In this document: positions 44,534 through 54,000 of the stretch, in pieces
Layout of the letters: every line of letters starts with the position of its first letter
Position numbering within the stretch: position 1 is the first letter of the stretch
NCBI GenBank assembly: GCA_963789815.1
Contig: CAWBMG010000013.1
Coordinates: 729,569-793,568, forward strand
Reading direction: 5' to 3'
From: an uncultured Acidobacteriota bacterium
GTDB lineage: Bacteria > Acidobacteriota > Vicinamibacteria > Vicinamibacterales > UBA2999
Length of the DNA: 64,000 nt
Notes under the pieces: generated by a model
What the model was told of the DNA's origin: nothing
The model's database searches: none
The model's input: only the letters and a program-made list of their open reading frames with translations
Position numbers and translations under genes: made by a program

Positions 44534-45658
44534 ATGAGTGTTTCTCCACAGGTTTCGGCCGCTGCATCGGAGGCCCATGTCCGTGCCGCTCGTGAGGCTC
44601 TGGACGCGTGGGTGCGAGAAGTCGTGGCCTGGCATTTCGATCCGTCAACAGGGTCCCCCTTCTGGCTCGAATACGCGTCGAAGCTCGGTTGGGATCCTCG
44701 CAAAGAGGTTCGTGGCTTCGCCGATCTGAAGCGCCTCGGTCCGTTCGAGGACGAGTGGCTTCGTGGTGGGCCTGTCGAGCGATGGGTGCCGAAGGGGTTG
44801 GCGGGCAAGCCCGTCTTCGTCTTCGAGACAGGTGGAACGACTGGCACTCCGAAAACGCGCGTCGCGTGCGAGGACTTCCGCACCGACTACGAGATATTCA
44901 GTACCACGCTCCCGGACGAGTTCTTTCCGAGAGGGTCCAATTGGCTCATGCTCGGCCCCTCGGGGCCGCGCCGTCTTCGCCTCGCGGTCGAGCATTTAGC
45001 GCAGCATCGAGGAGGAATCTCGTTTTGCGTCGATCTCGATCCTCGCTGGGTCATCAAACTGATCAAGAAGGGGTGGAGCGAGCACCTACAGGCATACAAA
45101 GACCACGTCATCGATCAGGCCGTCACCATCCTTCAGGCGAATCACGACATCCGGTGCATGTTCACCACGCCGAAGCTGCTCGAGTCGCTGGCGCTTCGGC
45201 TCGAGTCGATGGGAACCACGATTCGTAAGGCCGGTATTACTGGCATCTTCTCTGGCGGCACTGAATTCACGCCCCAGTGGAACCGCTTCGCGCACGAAGA
45301 GTTGCTTGACGGCGCGTATATGACGCCGACGTACGGGAATACGCTGATGGGTCTTGCCGCGAGCGCGCCCAGCGGGCCGCACAACAACTACAAAATTGCT
45401 TACTACGCGCCGCAGCCTCGCGCCGTCGTTGAAGTAGTCGAATTTGACGATGCCGACCGGACCGTCGAGTACGGTCAGACCGGGCGCGTCAAGCTGACCA
45501 CGCTGACCAAAGAGTTCTTCATGCCTGGTTTTCTCGAGCGCGACGAAGGTGAGCGCGAGCCTCCTTACGAGCGCTACCCGTGGGACGGTGTCAGCGGTGT
45601 CCGACCGTATCGCGCTTTCGCCTCTACGACGACGGTTGGGGTGTACCGAGAGTCATGA
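44534..45658 (+). CDS. adenylate-forming enzyme (ANL superfamily; PaaK/LuxE acyl-protein-synthetase-like)
   Basis: FETGGTTGTPK corresponds to the ANL phosphate-binding motif (T/S-S/G-G-T-T-G-x-P-K). At 374 aa it is similar in size to LuxE/PaaK-type enzymes. Subfamily assignment is tentative. Confidence 0.65.
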   Translation: MSVSPQVSAAASEAHVRAAREALDAWVREVVAWHFDPSTGSPFWLEYASKLGWDPRKEVRGFADLKRLGPFEDEWLRGGPVERWVPKGLAGKPVFVFETGGTTGTPKTRVACEDFRTDYEIFSTTLPDEFFPRGSNWLMLGPSGPRRLRLAVEHLAQHRGGISFCVDLDPRWVIKLIKKGWSEHLQAYKDHVIDQAVTILQANHDIRCMFTTPKLLESLALRLESMGTTIRKAGITGIFSGGTEFTPQWNRFAHEELLDGAYMTPTYGNTLMGLAASAPSGPHNNYKIAYYAPQPRAVVEVVEFDDADRTVEYGQTGRVKLTTLTKEFFMPGFLERDEGEREPPYERYPWDGVSGVRPYRAFASTTTVGVYRES

Positions 45659-45788
45659 CAACTCCCAACTTCCAACTACTGGCGCTTGACCAACTCCCAA
45701 TGGCGCTTGACCAACTCCCAACTCAATTCGAATCAGAGCGAAGGGTTTTGGAGTTTTTGGAAGTTGGCAATTTGGGAGTTGGGAGTTA
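45659..45788. repeat. CCAACTCCC/GGGAGTTGG family inverted-repeat element with internal 21-nt tandem
   Basis: TGGCGCTTGACCAACTCCCAA appears twice, opposed by TTGGAAGTTGGCAATTTGGGAGTTGGGAGTT. Confidence 0.9.
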
Positions 45789-45791
45789 GCC

Positions 45792-47228
45792 ATGCTTCAT
45801 CTTCCCGTCCTCCGCTGGGGACAACCCTATACAAGCATGGAGGTCGACCAGGTCGTGCACTTTGCGACCGGTGAGCCGATCGCGAGCGTGAGCCGCGCCA
45901 ACGGTGGCCTCGTACAACGCGACATGCGAAAGGCTTCGCGCGCCCGCGAGGTGCTGCGTGAGATCCCGATCGACGACCTCATCGCTCGCGTGGCGAAAGC
46001 CGGCGATCTCTATATGAACAGCACGTTGCCGATGGGTGACGGCACGCAGTCGGCAGACGAATTCGTGCGTGCGCAATCGGCCACCACGGGCCTTCCCGAA
46101 CACATGTGCCGCGCGAACATGAAGAAGAACGCGTTCGTGCTGAGCGAGATGCGCAACATCCTCGCATCGCTGACGCGCGGCCTCTCGCTGGACGTGCTGA
46201 CGACCGGGTACGGTGAGGAGCGCGGCGTTCCGATCAGTTATCAGGCCCAGAGCCCTGTGCTGGGCCTTGTGCTGCCCTCGAACTCACCTGGCGTGCACAC
46301 GCTCTGGCTGCCCATCATCCCGATGCAGCTCGGCTTGGTGCTCAAGCCCGGGCCCCAGGAGCCATGGACGCCGTATCGGATGGCAGAAGCGTTCTTCGCA
46401 GCCGGCGTTCCCCGTGAGGCAATTTCTATCTACCCCGGAGAGGCCGATGTTGGTGCGGCCGTGCTCGACGCGGCACCCCGTAGCCTCATCTTTGGTGGCA
46501 CGGCGACCGTCGATCGCTACCGAGGCAATCCGCGTGTGCAGGCGCACGGGCCAGGGTTTTCAAAGATCCTTTTGGGCGACGATCAGGTGGATCGTTGGGA
46601 GAGCTACCTCGATGTGATGGTCGAGAGCGTCTTCATCAACAGTGGCCGGAGCTGTATCAACTGTTCGGGTATCTGGGCGAGTCGCCACACGCGCGAGATT
46701 GCCGAGGCGCTGGCCCGTCGGTTGGCGGATGTCCGTCCGTTGCCGCCCGAAGATCCCAATGCGGGCCTGGCGGCGTTCACCGTGCCCGGAGTAGCGGAGG
46801 CGATTTCACAGTCCGTTGATGCGGACCTTCAGGCCCCAGGCGTTGTCGATGTGACGGCGAAGTACAGAAACGAAGCCCGTGTCGTCAAGCAGGGTCGCGC
46901 CGATTACCTGCTACCGACCGTCGTGCATTGCGACTCGCCCGATGCGGCGGTGGCGAAGAAGGAGTTCATGTTTCCGTTCGTGACGGTGGTCGAATGTCCC
47001 GAGGTACGGATGCTCGAGGCGATCGGTCCAACGCTCGTGTGCAGCGCCATCACGTGTCAGCCCGAGTTCCGTCGGCGCTTGGTGGATGCCGTCCACATCG
47101 ATCGCCTGAACCTGGGCCCCGTGCCGACGACTCGATTGAACTGGCTCCAACCGCACGAGGGGAACATCGTCGAGTTCTTGTTCCGTGCACGGGCGTTTCA
47201 AACAGCAGAGATGGGGGTCAGATCTTGA
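45792..47228 (+). CDS. aldehyde dehydrogenase superfamily protein (LuxC acyl-CoA reductase-like)
   Basis: VLKPGPQEPWTP, IFGGTATV and FINSGRSCINCSG (catalytic Cys context) are ALDH-fold motifs. 478 aa, immediately downstream of the adjacent adenylating enzyme. The last 5 codons and the stop lie inside a palindromic repeat. Confidence 0.7.
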   Translation: MLHLPVLRWGQPYTSMEVDQVVHFATGEPIASVSRANGGLVQRDMRKASRAREVLREIPIDDLIARVAKAGDLYMNSTLPMGDGTQSADEFVRAQSATTGLPEHMCRANMKKNAFVLSEMRNILASLTRGLSLDVLTTGYGEERGVPISYQAQSPVLGLVLPSNSPGVHTLWLPIIPMQLGLVLKPGPQEPWTPYRMAEAFFAAGVPREAISIYPGEADVGAAVLDAAPRSLIFGGTATVDRYRGNPRVQAHGPGFSKILLGDDQVDRWESYLDVMVESVFINSGRSCINCSGIWASRHTREIAEALARRLADVRPLPPEDPNAGLAAFTVPGVAEAISQSVDADLQAPGVVDVTAKYRNEARVVKQGRADYLLPTVVHCDSPDAAVAKKEFMFPFVTVVECPEVRMLEAIGPTLVCSAITCQPEFRRRLVDAVHIDRLNLGPVPTTRLNWLQPHEGNIVEFLFRARAFQTAEMGVRS

Positions 47229-47304
47229 TTTTTGCGTGCGGTGGCAGCTTCTTTTGGACTGAGTCAGGAGGTCCCGCCGCGCGCAAAAATCAAGATCTGA
47301 CCCC
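47214..47304. repeat. GGGGTCAGATCTTGATTTTTGCG palindromic element (23-nt arms, 45-nt loop)
   Basis: Left arm 47214-47236, right arm CGCAAAAATCAAGATCTGACCCC 47282-47304. Confidence 0.95.
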
Positions 47305-47318
47305 ATTGCAGCTTTGAA

Positions 47319-48629
47319 ATGAAGATCCTCTCGATTACGGCGGGCGCGGCGGGGATGTACTGCGGGAGTTGTTTTCGGGACAATGCGCTCGCCGCCGAGC
47401 TGATGTCGCGGGGCCACGACGTCACGCTTGTCCCCGTTTACACGCCGACGCGCACGGACGAGCCCAACGTGAGCCAGCGTCGCGTGCTCTTTGGCGGCAT
47501 CAGCGTGTACCTGCAGCAGCATTCTCGCTTGTTCCGGCGGCTGCCGCGCGTCGTGGATCGAATGTGGGACGCCCCCGGCGTCATCAAGGCATTTGCCAAC
47601 CGGTCGGCCACGACCGACCCGACGCTGCTCGGCGATCTCACGATCTCCACGCTGCAGGGCAAAGACGGCGTCCTTGGCCGCGAGTTCGAGAAGCTCGCGG
47701 AGTGGATGCGGGACGAGCCTGTGCCAGACGTCATCAACCTCCCGAACTCGATGCTCATCGCCCTGGCGGCGCCGCTGCGTGAAGCCTTCGGACGCCCGGT
47801 GTGCTGCACGCTCCAGGGCGAAGAGCTGTTCTTGAACGGCTTGCACTCGCCCTATCGTGAACGCGCCATTGAGTTGATCCGCAGTCACGTACCACACGTC
47901 GACCGCTTCATCGCCGTCAGCGACTACTGCGCCAGGTTCATGGCCGAGTTCCTTCGCATCCCCGAACGCCGCATCTCGGTCGTGCCACTCGGCATCAATG
48001 TCGCCGGCTACGAGCGACGCCAGAGCGAGAGCGACACGTTCCGCGTCGGCTACTTCGCCCGTGTCTCGCCGGAGAAGGGCTTGCATGTGCTGGCCGACGC
48101 GTACGTCCGACTCCGGCAGCGCGCACCGAAGGCGCGAATGCGACTGGATGCGGCCGGGTACATCTCGCCCGCGCAAGAAGGCTATTTGACCGACGTTCGC
48201 GGTGTGCTCGAGCGGGCGGGGCTGGGCGGAGAGTTCACCTATCGCGGCGAGATCGACCGGGCCCACAAGATCACGTTTCTTCAAGGCCTGGATGTGCTTT
48301 CGGTTCCCGCCACCTACGATGAGCCGAAGGGCATTTTCCTGCTGGAGGCGATGGCGTGCGGTGTCCCAGTCGTTCAGCCTCGGCGTGGCGCGTTTATCGA
48401 GATCGTCGAACGCACAGGTGGCGGCGTACTGGTGCGACCAGACGATCCAGCCAGTCTCGCGGACGCGTTGTACGATCTCGCGCAGGATCGCGTGAAGACG
48501 ACGGCGTTGGGCCAGCTCGCCTTCGACGCGGTGCACGCGCGCTACACGATCGCGAAATCCGCAGACGAGTTGCTCGACGTGTATCGTGGCGTTACATCAT
48601 CGATGATCGATGAACGAATGACCGGATGA
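47319..48629 (+). CDS. GT4-family glycosyltransferase (GT-B fold)
   Basis: MKILSITAGAAGMYCGSCFRDN N-terminus. C-terminal EPKGIFLLEAMACGVPVV (E-x7-E-type motif). Confidence 0.85.
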   Translation: MKILSITAGAAGMYCGSCFRDNALAAELMSRGHDVTLVPVYTPTRTDEPNVSQRRVLFGGISVYLQQHSRLFRRLPRVVDRMWDAPGVIKAFANRSATTDPTLLGDLTISTLQGKDGVLGREFEKLAEWMRDEPVPDVINLPNSMLIALAAPLREAFGRPVCCTLQGEELFLNGLHSPYRERAIELIRSHVPHVDRFIAVSDYCARFMAEFLRIPERRISVVPLGINVAGYERRQSESDTFRVGYFARVSPEKGLHVLADAYVRLRQRAPKARMRLDAAGYISPAQEGYLTDVRGVLERAGLGGEFTYRGEIDRAHKITFLQGLDVLSVPATYDEPKGIFLLEAMACGVPVVQPRRGAFIEIVERTGGGVLVRPDDPASLADALYDLAQDRVKTTALGQLAFDAVHARYTIAKSADELLDVYRGVTSSMIDERMTG

Positions 48630-48713
48630 AATCATCGATGAACGATGATCGATGATCGGATGATTTTTCATCGATGATTTGAGATCAATCATCGGTCATC
48701 GTTCATCGTTCAT
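48595..48713. repeat. GATGATCGATGA family element overlapping the glycosyltransferase 3' end
   Basis: CATCATCGATGATCGATGAACGAATGACC ... ATCATCGATGAACGATGATCGATGATCGGATGA ... CAATCATCGGTCATCGTTCATCGTTCAT. It encodes the terminal SSMIDERMTG of the GT. Confidence 0.9.
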
Positions 48714-48715
48714 AG

Positions 48716-49405
48716 ATGGGAAGTATGCTGACCGTCTCCAACCTCACCAAGCAGTACCCATCGCCCGCCGGGCCGCTGACCGTGCTCTCAGACGTGTCCC
48801 TGTCGCTGCAGCCAGGTGACGCGGCAGCGATCATGGGACCGTCGGGCAGCGGCAAGAGCTCGCTCCTCTACGTGCTCGGTGCGCTCGAACCGCCTTCCGC
48901 CGGGAGTGTCACGCTCGGAGGCGTCAACCCATTCGGCCTCCGCGCCACGGAGCTCGCTGATTTTCGCAATGCCAGGGTCGGTTTTGTTTTTCAGGACCAC
49001 TGCCTTCTCCCGCAGTGCTCGGTGCTCGAGAACGTGTTGGTCCCGACTCTGGTTGCGCGTGGTGCCGGTGGCGGAGCTGGAGAGGACGCGCGTCGCGCGC
49101 AGACGCTCGTCGAGCAAGTCGGCCTGACAGGGCGGAGCGACCATCGGCCAGGTCAGTTGTCGGGGGGCGAGCGGCAGCGCGTATCGGTGGCCCGCGCGCT
49201 CATTCGCCAGCCAGACCTCCTGTTGTGCGATGAGCCCACCGGGAATCTCGACCAGGCGTCGGCGTCCATCGTTGCGTCGCTCTTGCTGGACTTGCATCGG
49301 CAGCAGCGGAACATCCTGATCGTGGTGACGCACAGCGCGAAGCTGGCAGCGGAGTTCCCGATCCGGTTCGAGATCGTCGATTCGCATCTGCATCGAGTGT
49401 CGTGA
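48716..49405 (+). CDS. ABC transporter ATP-binding protein (LolD/MacB-type)
   Basis: Walker A GPSGSGKSS, signature LSGGERQR, Walker B LLLCDEPTGNLD, H-loop VTHS. Confidence 0.9.
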   Translation: MGSMLTVSNLTKQYPSPAGPLTVLSDVSLSLQPGDAAAIMGPSGSGKSSLLYVLGALEPPSAGSVTLGGVNPFGLRATELADFRNARVGFVFQDHCLLPQCSVLENVLVPTLVARGAGGGAGEDARRAQTLVEQVGLTGRSDHRPGQLSGGERQRVSVARALIRQPDLLLCDEPTGNLDQASASIVASLLLDLHRQQRNILIVVTHSAKLAAEFPIRFEIVDSHLHRVS

Positions 49406-49414
49406 CCCAAGGCG

Positions 49415-49729
49415 ATGGCTGTTGCGCCCGCCGATCTGCTCGTGCTCATCAGAGAAGGGCGTCCCCCAGTCGTTCTCGACGTGCGCTCTGATGCGGAATT
49501 CGCGCAGGGCCACGTCCCTGGCGCGATCCATATTCCGTTCTGGCAGTTACCTCGTCGGGCGAATGACATCCCGAGCCGCCATGGCGATCCGGTCGTGGTG
49601 TACTGTGGACACGGGCCGCGCGCGTGGTATGCGGCGGCGGCGTTGCGCCGGTGCGGCTTCGAGCGTGTTCAGCTTCTCGAGGGCCACATGTCGCAGTGGA
49701 AGCGCGCTGGCCTTCCAGAAGAGCGTTGA
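49415..49729 (+). CDS. rhodanese-like domain protein
   Basis: VLDVRSDAEFAQGHVPGAIHIP and the active-site loop VVYCGHGPRA. Confidence 0.85.
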   Translation: MAVAPADLLVLIREGRPPVVLDVRSDAEFAQGHVPGAIHIPFWQLPRRANDIPSRHGDPVVVYCGHGPRAWYAAAALRRCGFERVQLLEGHMSQWKRAGLPEER

Positions 49730-49743
49730 CTCAGGATGGACGC

Positions 49744-51025
49744 ATGACTGACGTAGGTGCTCGTGTCTGGCCGGCGCCGCGCGAAGGTGAGCGGTTCTAC
49801 TATGGCTGGATCGTGCTGGCCGTGGCTGCGCTCGCGATGGTGGCGACGCTGCCGGGGCGTACCCAGGGCCTTGGCCTTATTACCGAGCCGCTCCTTCGAG
49901 ATCTCGGGATAAGCCGTGTCGCCTTCGCGCAGGTGAACCTTGTGGCCACTCTCGTCGGCTCGCTGTTCTGCTTCGGCGTTGGCCGGTTGATCGACCGCGT
50001 CGGCAGCCGCGTCGTGCTGACGGTCACTGTGCTTCTCTTGGGGACTGTCGTTCTGACGATGAGCCGGGTAAGCGGCCTTGCCGCGATGCTCGTGCTCGTC
50101 ACGCTGACGCGCGGCTTCGGGCAGAGCGCGCTATCTGTCGTCAGTCTGGCGATGGTCGGCAAGTGGTTTCGGCGGCGTCTCACGCGCGCGATGGCCGTGT
50201 ACGCACTGGTGATGAGCATCGGTTTCATGGCGGCGTTCCCCGCCGTGGGCGCGCTTGTGCTGGGGAGCGGCTGGCGCACGGCCTGGGCTGCCATCGGGGC
50301 GTGTCTGGTGTTCGGAGTTGCGCCGATTGCGTGGCTGTTCGATCGCTCCTCGCCGGAATCGCTTGGCCTCGAGGTGGACGGTGGCGGCGATGTTGTCGAG
50401 CAGCGGGACGTCGCCCATGCGCAGGCGACTCTGGCGGAAGCCGTGAGGTCGCCTGCATTCTGGGTCTTCGCCTTGGCCAGCTCTTTGTACGGCCTTGTCG
50501 CGTCGGGGATTGGCCTTTTCAACGAGTCGATCCTGGCGCAACGCGGATTCGAGCCGCAGGTCTACTACACCGCGCTCGCGGTTACAGCGATCACTGGTTT
50601 GGCCGGGAACTTCGCCGCCGGGGCATTCGCCGATCGCGGTTCACTCCGCCATGTGCTCGTTGCCGCACTGCTGCTCATGACACTCGGTCTCGCCGCGTTG
50701 GCTCATGTGACGACCGTGGCGCATGTCATCGCACAGGCCATCGTCATGGGAATCGCCGGTGGCTTCGTGATGGTCGTGTTCTTCAGCTTTTGGGGGCGCG
50801 CGTATGGACGCACGCATCTCGGGCGTATCCAGGGTGCGGCGCAGGCCATGACCGTGGTTGCCTCCGCCGTCGGACCGCTGTTTCTGGCCCTTATGCGTGG
50901 AGACGACCGGCTCGTACGCCGTAGCGTTCTATCTGCTCGCAGCGGTCGTCGCCGCTCTTGCCGTCGCGGCTGTTGTCGTTCCCATCCCACCAGGCGCACT
51001 CGGCGCCCCCGTCGTCGCACGATAA
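49744..51025 (+). pseudogene. MFS transporter whose reading frame shifts +1 near 50893 (frameshift or sequence error)
   Basis: From 49744 the frame gives 11-12 TM segments up to AVGPLFLAL, then an Arg-rich non-membrane stretch. The +1 frame from 50894 reads CVETTGSYAVAFYLLAAVVAALAVAAVVVPIPPGALGAPVVAR with a stop at 51023-51025, which is a normal last TM helix. Confidence 0.7.
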
Positions 51026-51072
51026 GGCGTCATGCGACCCACAAGTGCCCCCCAGGTCGGTCGCTGAGACAC

Positions 51073-54000
51073 ATGCTTCGTTTTCTCATTCTTCGCAGCC
51101 TGACCTACTACTGGCGCACGAACGTTGCCGTCGTTCTGGGCGTGGCCACGGCGGTGGCGGTTCTGGCAGGCGCGCTGCTCGTCGGTGAGTCGGTGCGGGG
51201 CAGCCTGCAGGACCTTGTCCTGCAACGGTTGGGTCGAACCGACATCGTCCTGACCTCCGCAGGGTTTTTCCGCGAACAGCTCGCGACAGATATCGAAACT
51301 CAATCGGAATTCCCAGCCACCTTCAGCGGTCTCAGCCCGCTCGTCATTGCTCAAGGAGTGGTCACGGCTCAAGAGAGCGGACGACGGGTGGGGCAAGTGT
51401 TGGTTTATGGGATCGACGACCGCTTCTGGCGGTTTCATGGAGTGAACGGCGTGTCAGGCCCCAGCGACCGCGAGGCTCTACTCAGCCCGGCGTTAGCCTC
51501 GCAGCTTCGTCTCGAGCAGAAGGACGCCGTTCTCGTCCGGGTGCAACGTCCAACCGACGTTCCCCTCGAGTCGCTCCATGGCCGCCGCGACGACGTGGGT
51601 CGCACGCTGCGCCTGATCGTTCGCGCCGTCGTCCCGACTGGCCTGCTTGGTGAGTTTTCCTTGGCGCCCCAGCAGGCCGACGTGAAGGCGGTGTTCGTGC
51701 CGCTGTCACGCCTTCAGCAGGAGCTCGAGGTCGAAGGGCGTGTGAACACGCTTCTTGTGGCAGCTCGCGCCGGCCGCGAAGCTGGCGCATCGGAGGCCTT
51801 CGAACTGCTCGTCAACGCGCGCGCCTCGCTCGAGGACGTCGGCCTGACCGTGCGCGCGCTCGAGGATCGTCATGCTCTCGTCGTGGGGTCGGCGGCAGGC
51901 GTGCTCGAAGACCGCCAGGCATCCGCGGTTCTACAGGCGCTCAGTGGCACCGGTATGAGCGGCCAACCACTGTTCACCTATCTCGCGAACACGATTCGAC
52001 TTGGAGGTGAAGAGGAAGGGGAGGAACGGGAGGCCAAGGAGAAAGAGGAAAGGGAGAAGGGGGAAAGGGGGAAGGGGGAAAGGGAGACGGAGAGCGAAGG
52101 CAGTCATGAGCTCCCATACTCGCTGGTCACGGCCATTGATCTGCGCGCCGTGTCCCCGTCGGTCTCGACGTCGCCTGATGCCGACGGCCGACCACCCATT
52201 CTGCTGAACACGTGGGCCGCTTCCGATCTCAAGGCTCGCCCGGGGGACGTGGTAACGATGACTTACTACGTGTGGGCAGAGCCCGGGCTACTCGTGACGC
52301 GCAACACCGAGTTTCACCTGGCCGGTGTCGTGCCGATTGAGGCCGCCGACCGTGACTTCGCACCGGCCTTTGCCGGCATCACGGACTCCGTCTCTCTTTC
52401 CGACTGGGACCCGCCCTTTCCGATCGACTTGCGTCGCGTTCGTCCCGCGGACGAGGACTATTGGAAGCGCTATCGCACGACGCCGAAGGCGTTTGTGCCT
52501 CTCGAAGTCGGCCAGCGGCTCTGGCGGTCGCGCTATGGCGCGCTCACATCCGTGCGCGTGACACCCGCGGCCGGCCAGTCGTTCGAGGACTCGCGGCAGG
52601 AACTCGCGACCCGGCTGCGAAGCGCGATCGATCCCGTATCGACTGGTATGGCCGTCCGTGCTGTGCGCGCAGACGGACTGACTGCCTCGCACGGCGCGAC
52701 GGACTTCGGCGCCTACTTCACCTATTTCAGCTTCTTTCTGGTGGTTTCAGCCCTGTTGCTCGCGGCGCTCTTCTTCAGGCTCGGCGTCGAACAGCGTGTG
52801 CGCGAGGTTGGCCTGCTTCGCGCAGTCGGGTTCGGTCCAAGGGCAGTCAGGCGGCTGTTCTTGGGAGAAGGCCTACTTCTCGCGATAGTCGGGAGCATGC
52901 TGGGAGTAGCCGGTGCGATCGCGTACGCCGGGTTGATGATGGCGGCCCTCAGGTCCTGGTGGGTGGATGCCGTTGGCACAACGTCACTCACGCTTCACAT
53001 CTCAGCGACGTCGCTGCTGACCGGTGCCGTCGGCGGCATCGCGGCCGCGGTTGTCTGCATCTGGTGGACGTTGCGGGCGCTTGGGCGCATTTCGGAACGG
53101 AGTCTCCTCGCCGGAAATGTGACACTCGACGACAACTTCCAACTTCCAACTTCCCAACTCCCAAGGAACCCAGCCACCCAGCTACCTAGCTATCTCGCTA
53201 TCCGCCAGCGGCGATTACTTCTCGCGACGATCGCGCTCGTCATCATCGGCATAGCGCTGCTGCTGTCTGCCGCGGCGGGCAGAGCGGCTCCGGCAGGGGC
53301 CTTCTTTGGCGCCGGCTCATCGCTTCTCGGCGCGGCGCTCTGTGTGAGTCTGTTCATGCTCCGGCGGCAGCCTCGACACCCAATCGAAGGGCGCGGCTGG
53401 CTTCCGGTTCTTCGTCTGGGCCTTCGAGGCGCCACGTATCGTCCCGGTCGTAGCGTCTTGTCGATTGCGGTGATCGCCTCGGCCACGTTCATCCTCATTT
53501 CCGTGGACGCCTTTCGACGCGACGGCCGGCTCGCCGATGGCGGCCGGCAGTCCGGCGTTGGTGGGTACTCCCTCATCGTCGATACGCTGCTCCCCGTGGT
53601 CAACGACCCCAACACAATCGAGGGTCGCAACGCGCTGAGCCTCTCGGCCCTGGACGCCGCCGTCACCATCGAGCCGTTCCGCCTACTGCCCGGAGACGAT
53701 GCGAGCTGTTTGAATTTGTACGAGCCGACGAACCCGCGCATTCTGGCGGCGCGCGACCGGTTCATCGATGACGGACGCTTCGTGTTCAGCGACTCCCTTG
53801 CCTCGAGTGGTGCGGAACGGGCGAATCCATGGCTGTTGTTGCGGCGTCGCGAAACCGACGGCGCGATTCCCGTAGTCGCCGATGCCAACTCGATGACGTA
53901 CGTCCTCCACCGCCAACTGGGCCAAGACATCGTCCTGCGGCGCGGGACAGGAGAAGTGCGTTTGCGACTCGTTGGCGCATTGCGCGACAGCATCTTCCAG

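Noticed and set aside
46911-48536. 541-aa minus-strand ORF antisense to the ALDH-like and glycosyltransferase genes
   Set aside because: It spans two plus-strand genes and a palindromic repeat and has a low-complexity Arg/His-rich translation. The plus-strand products have clear family motifs.
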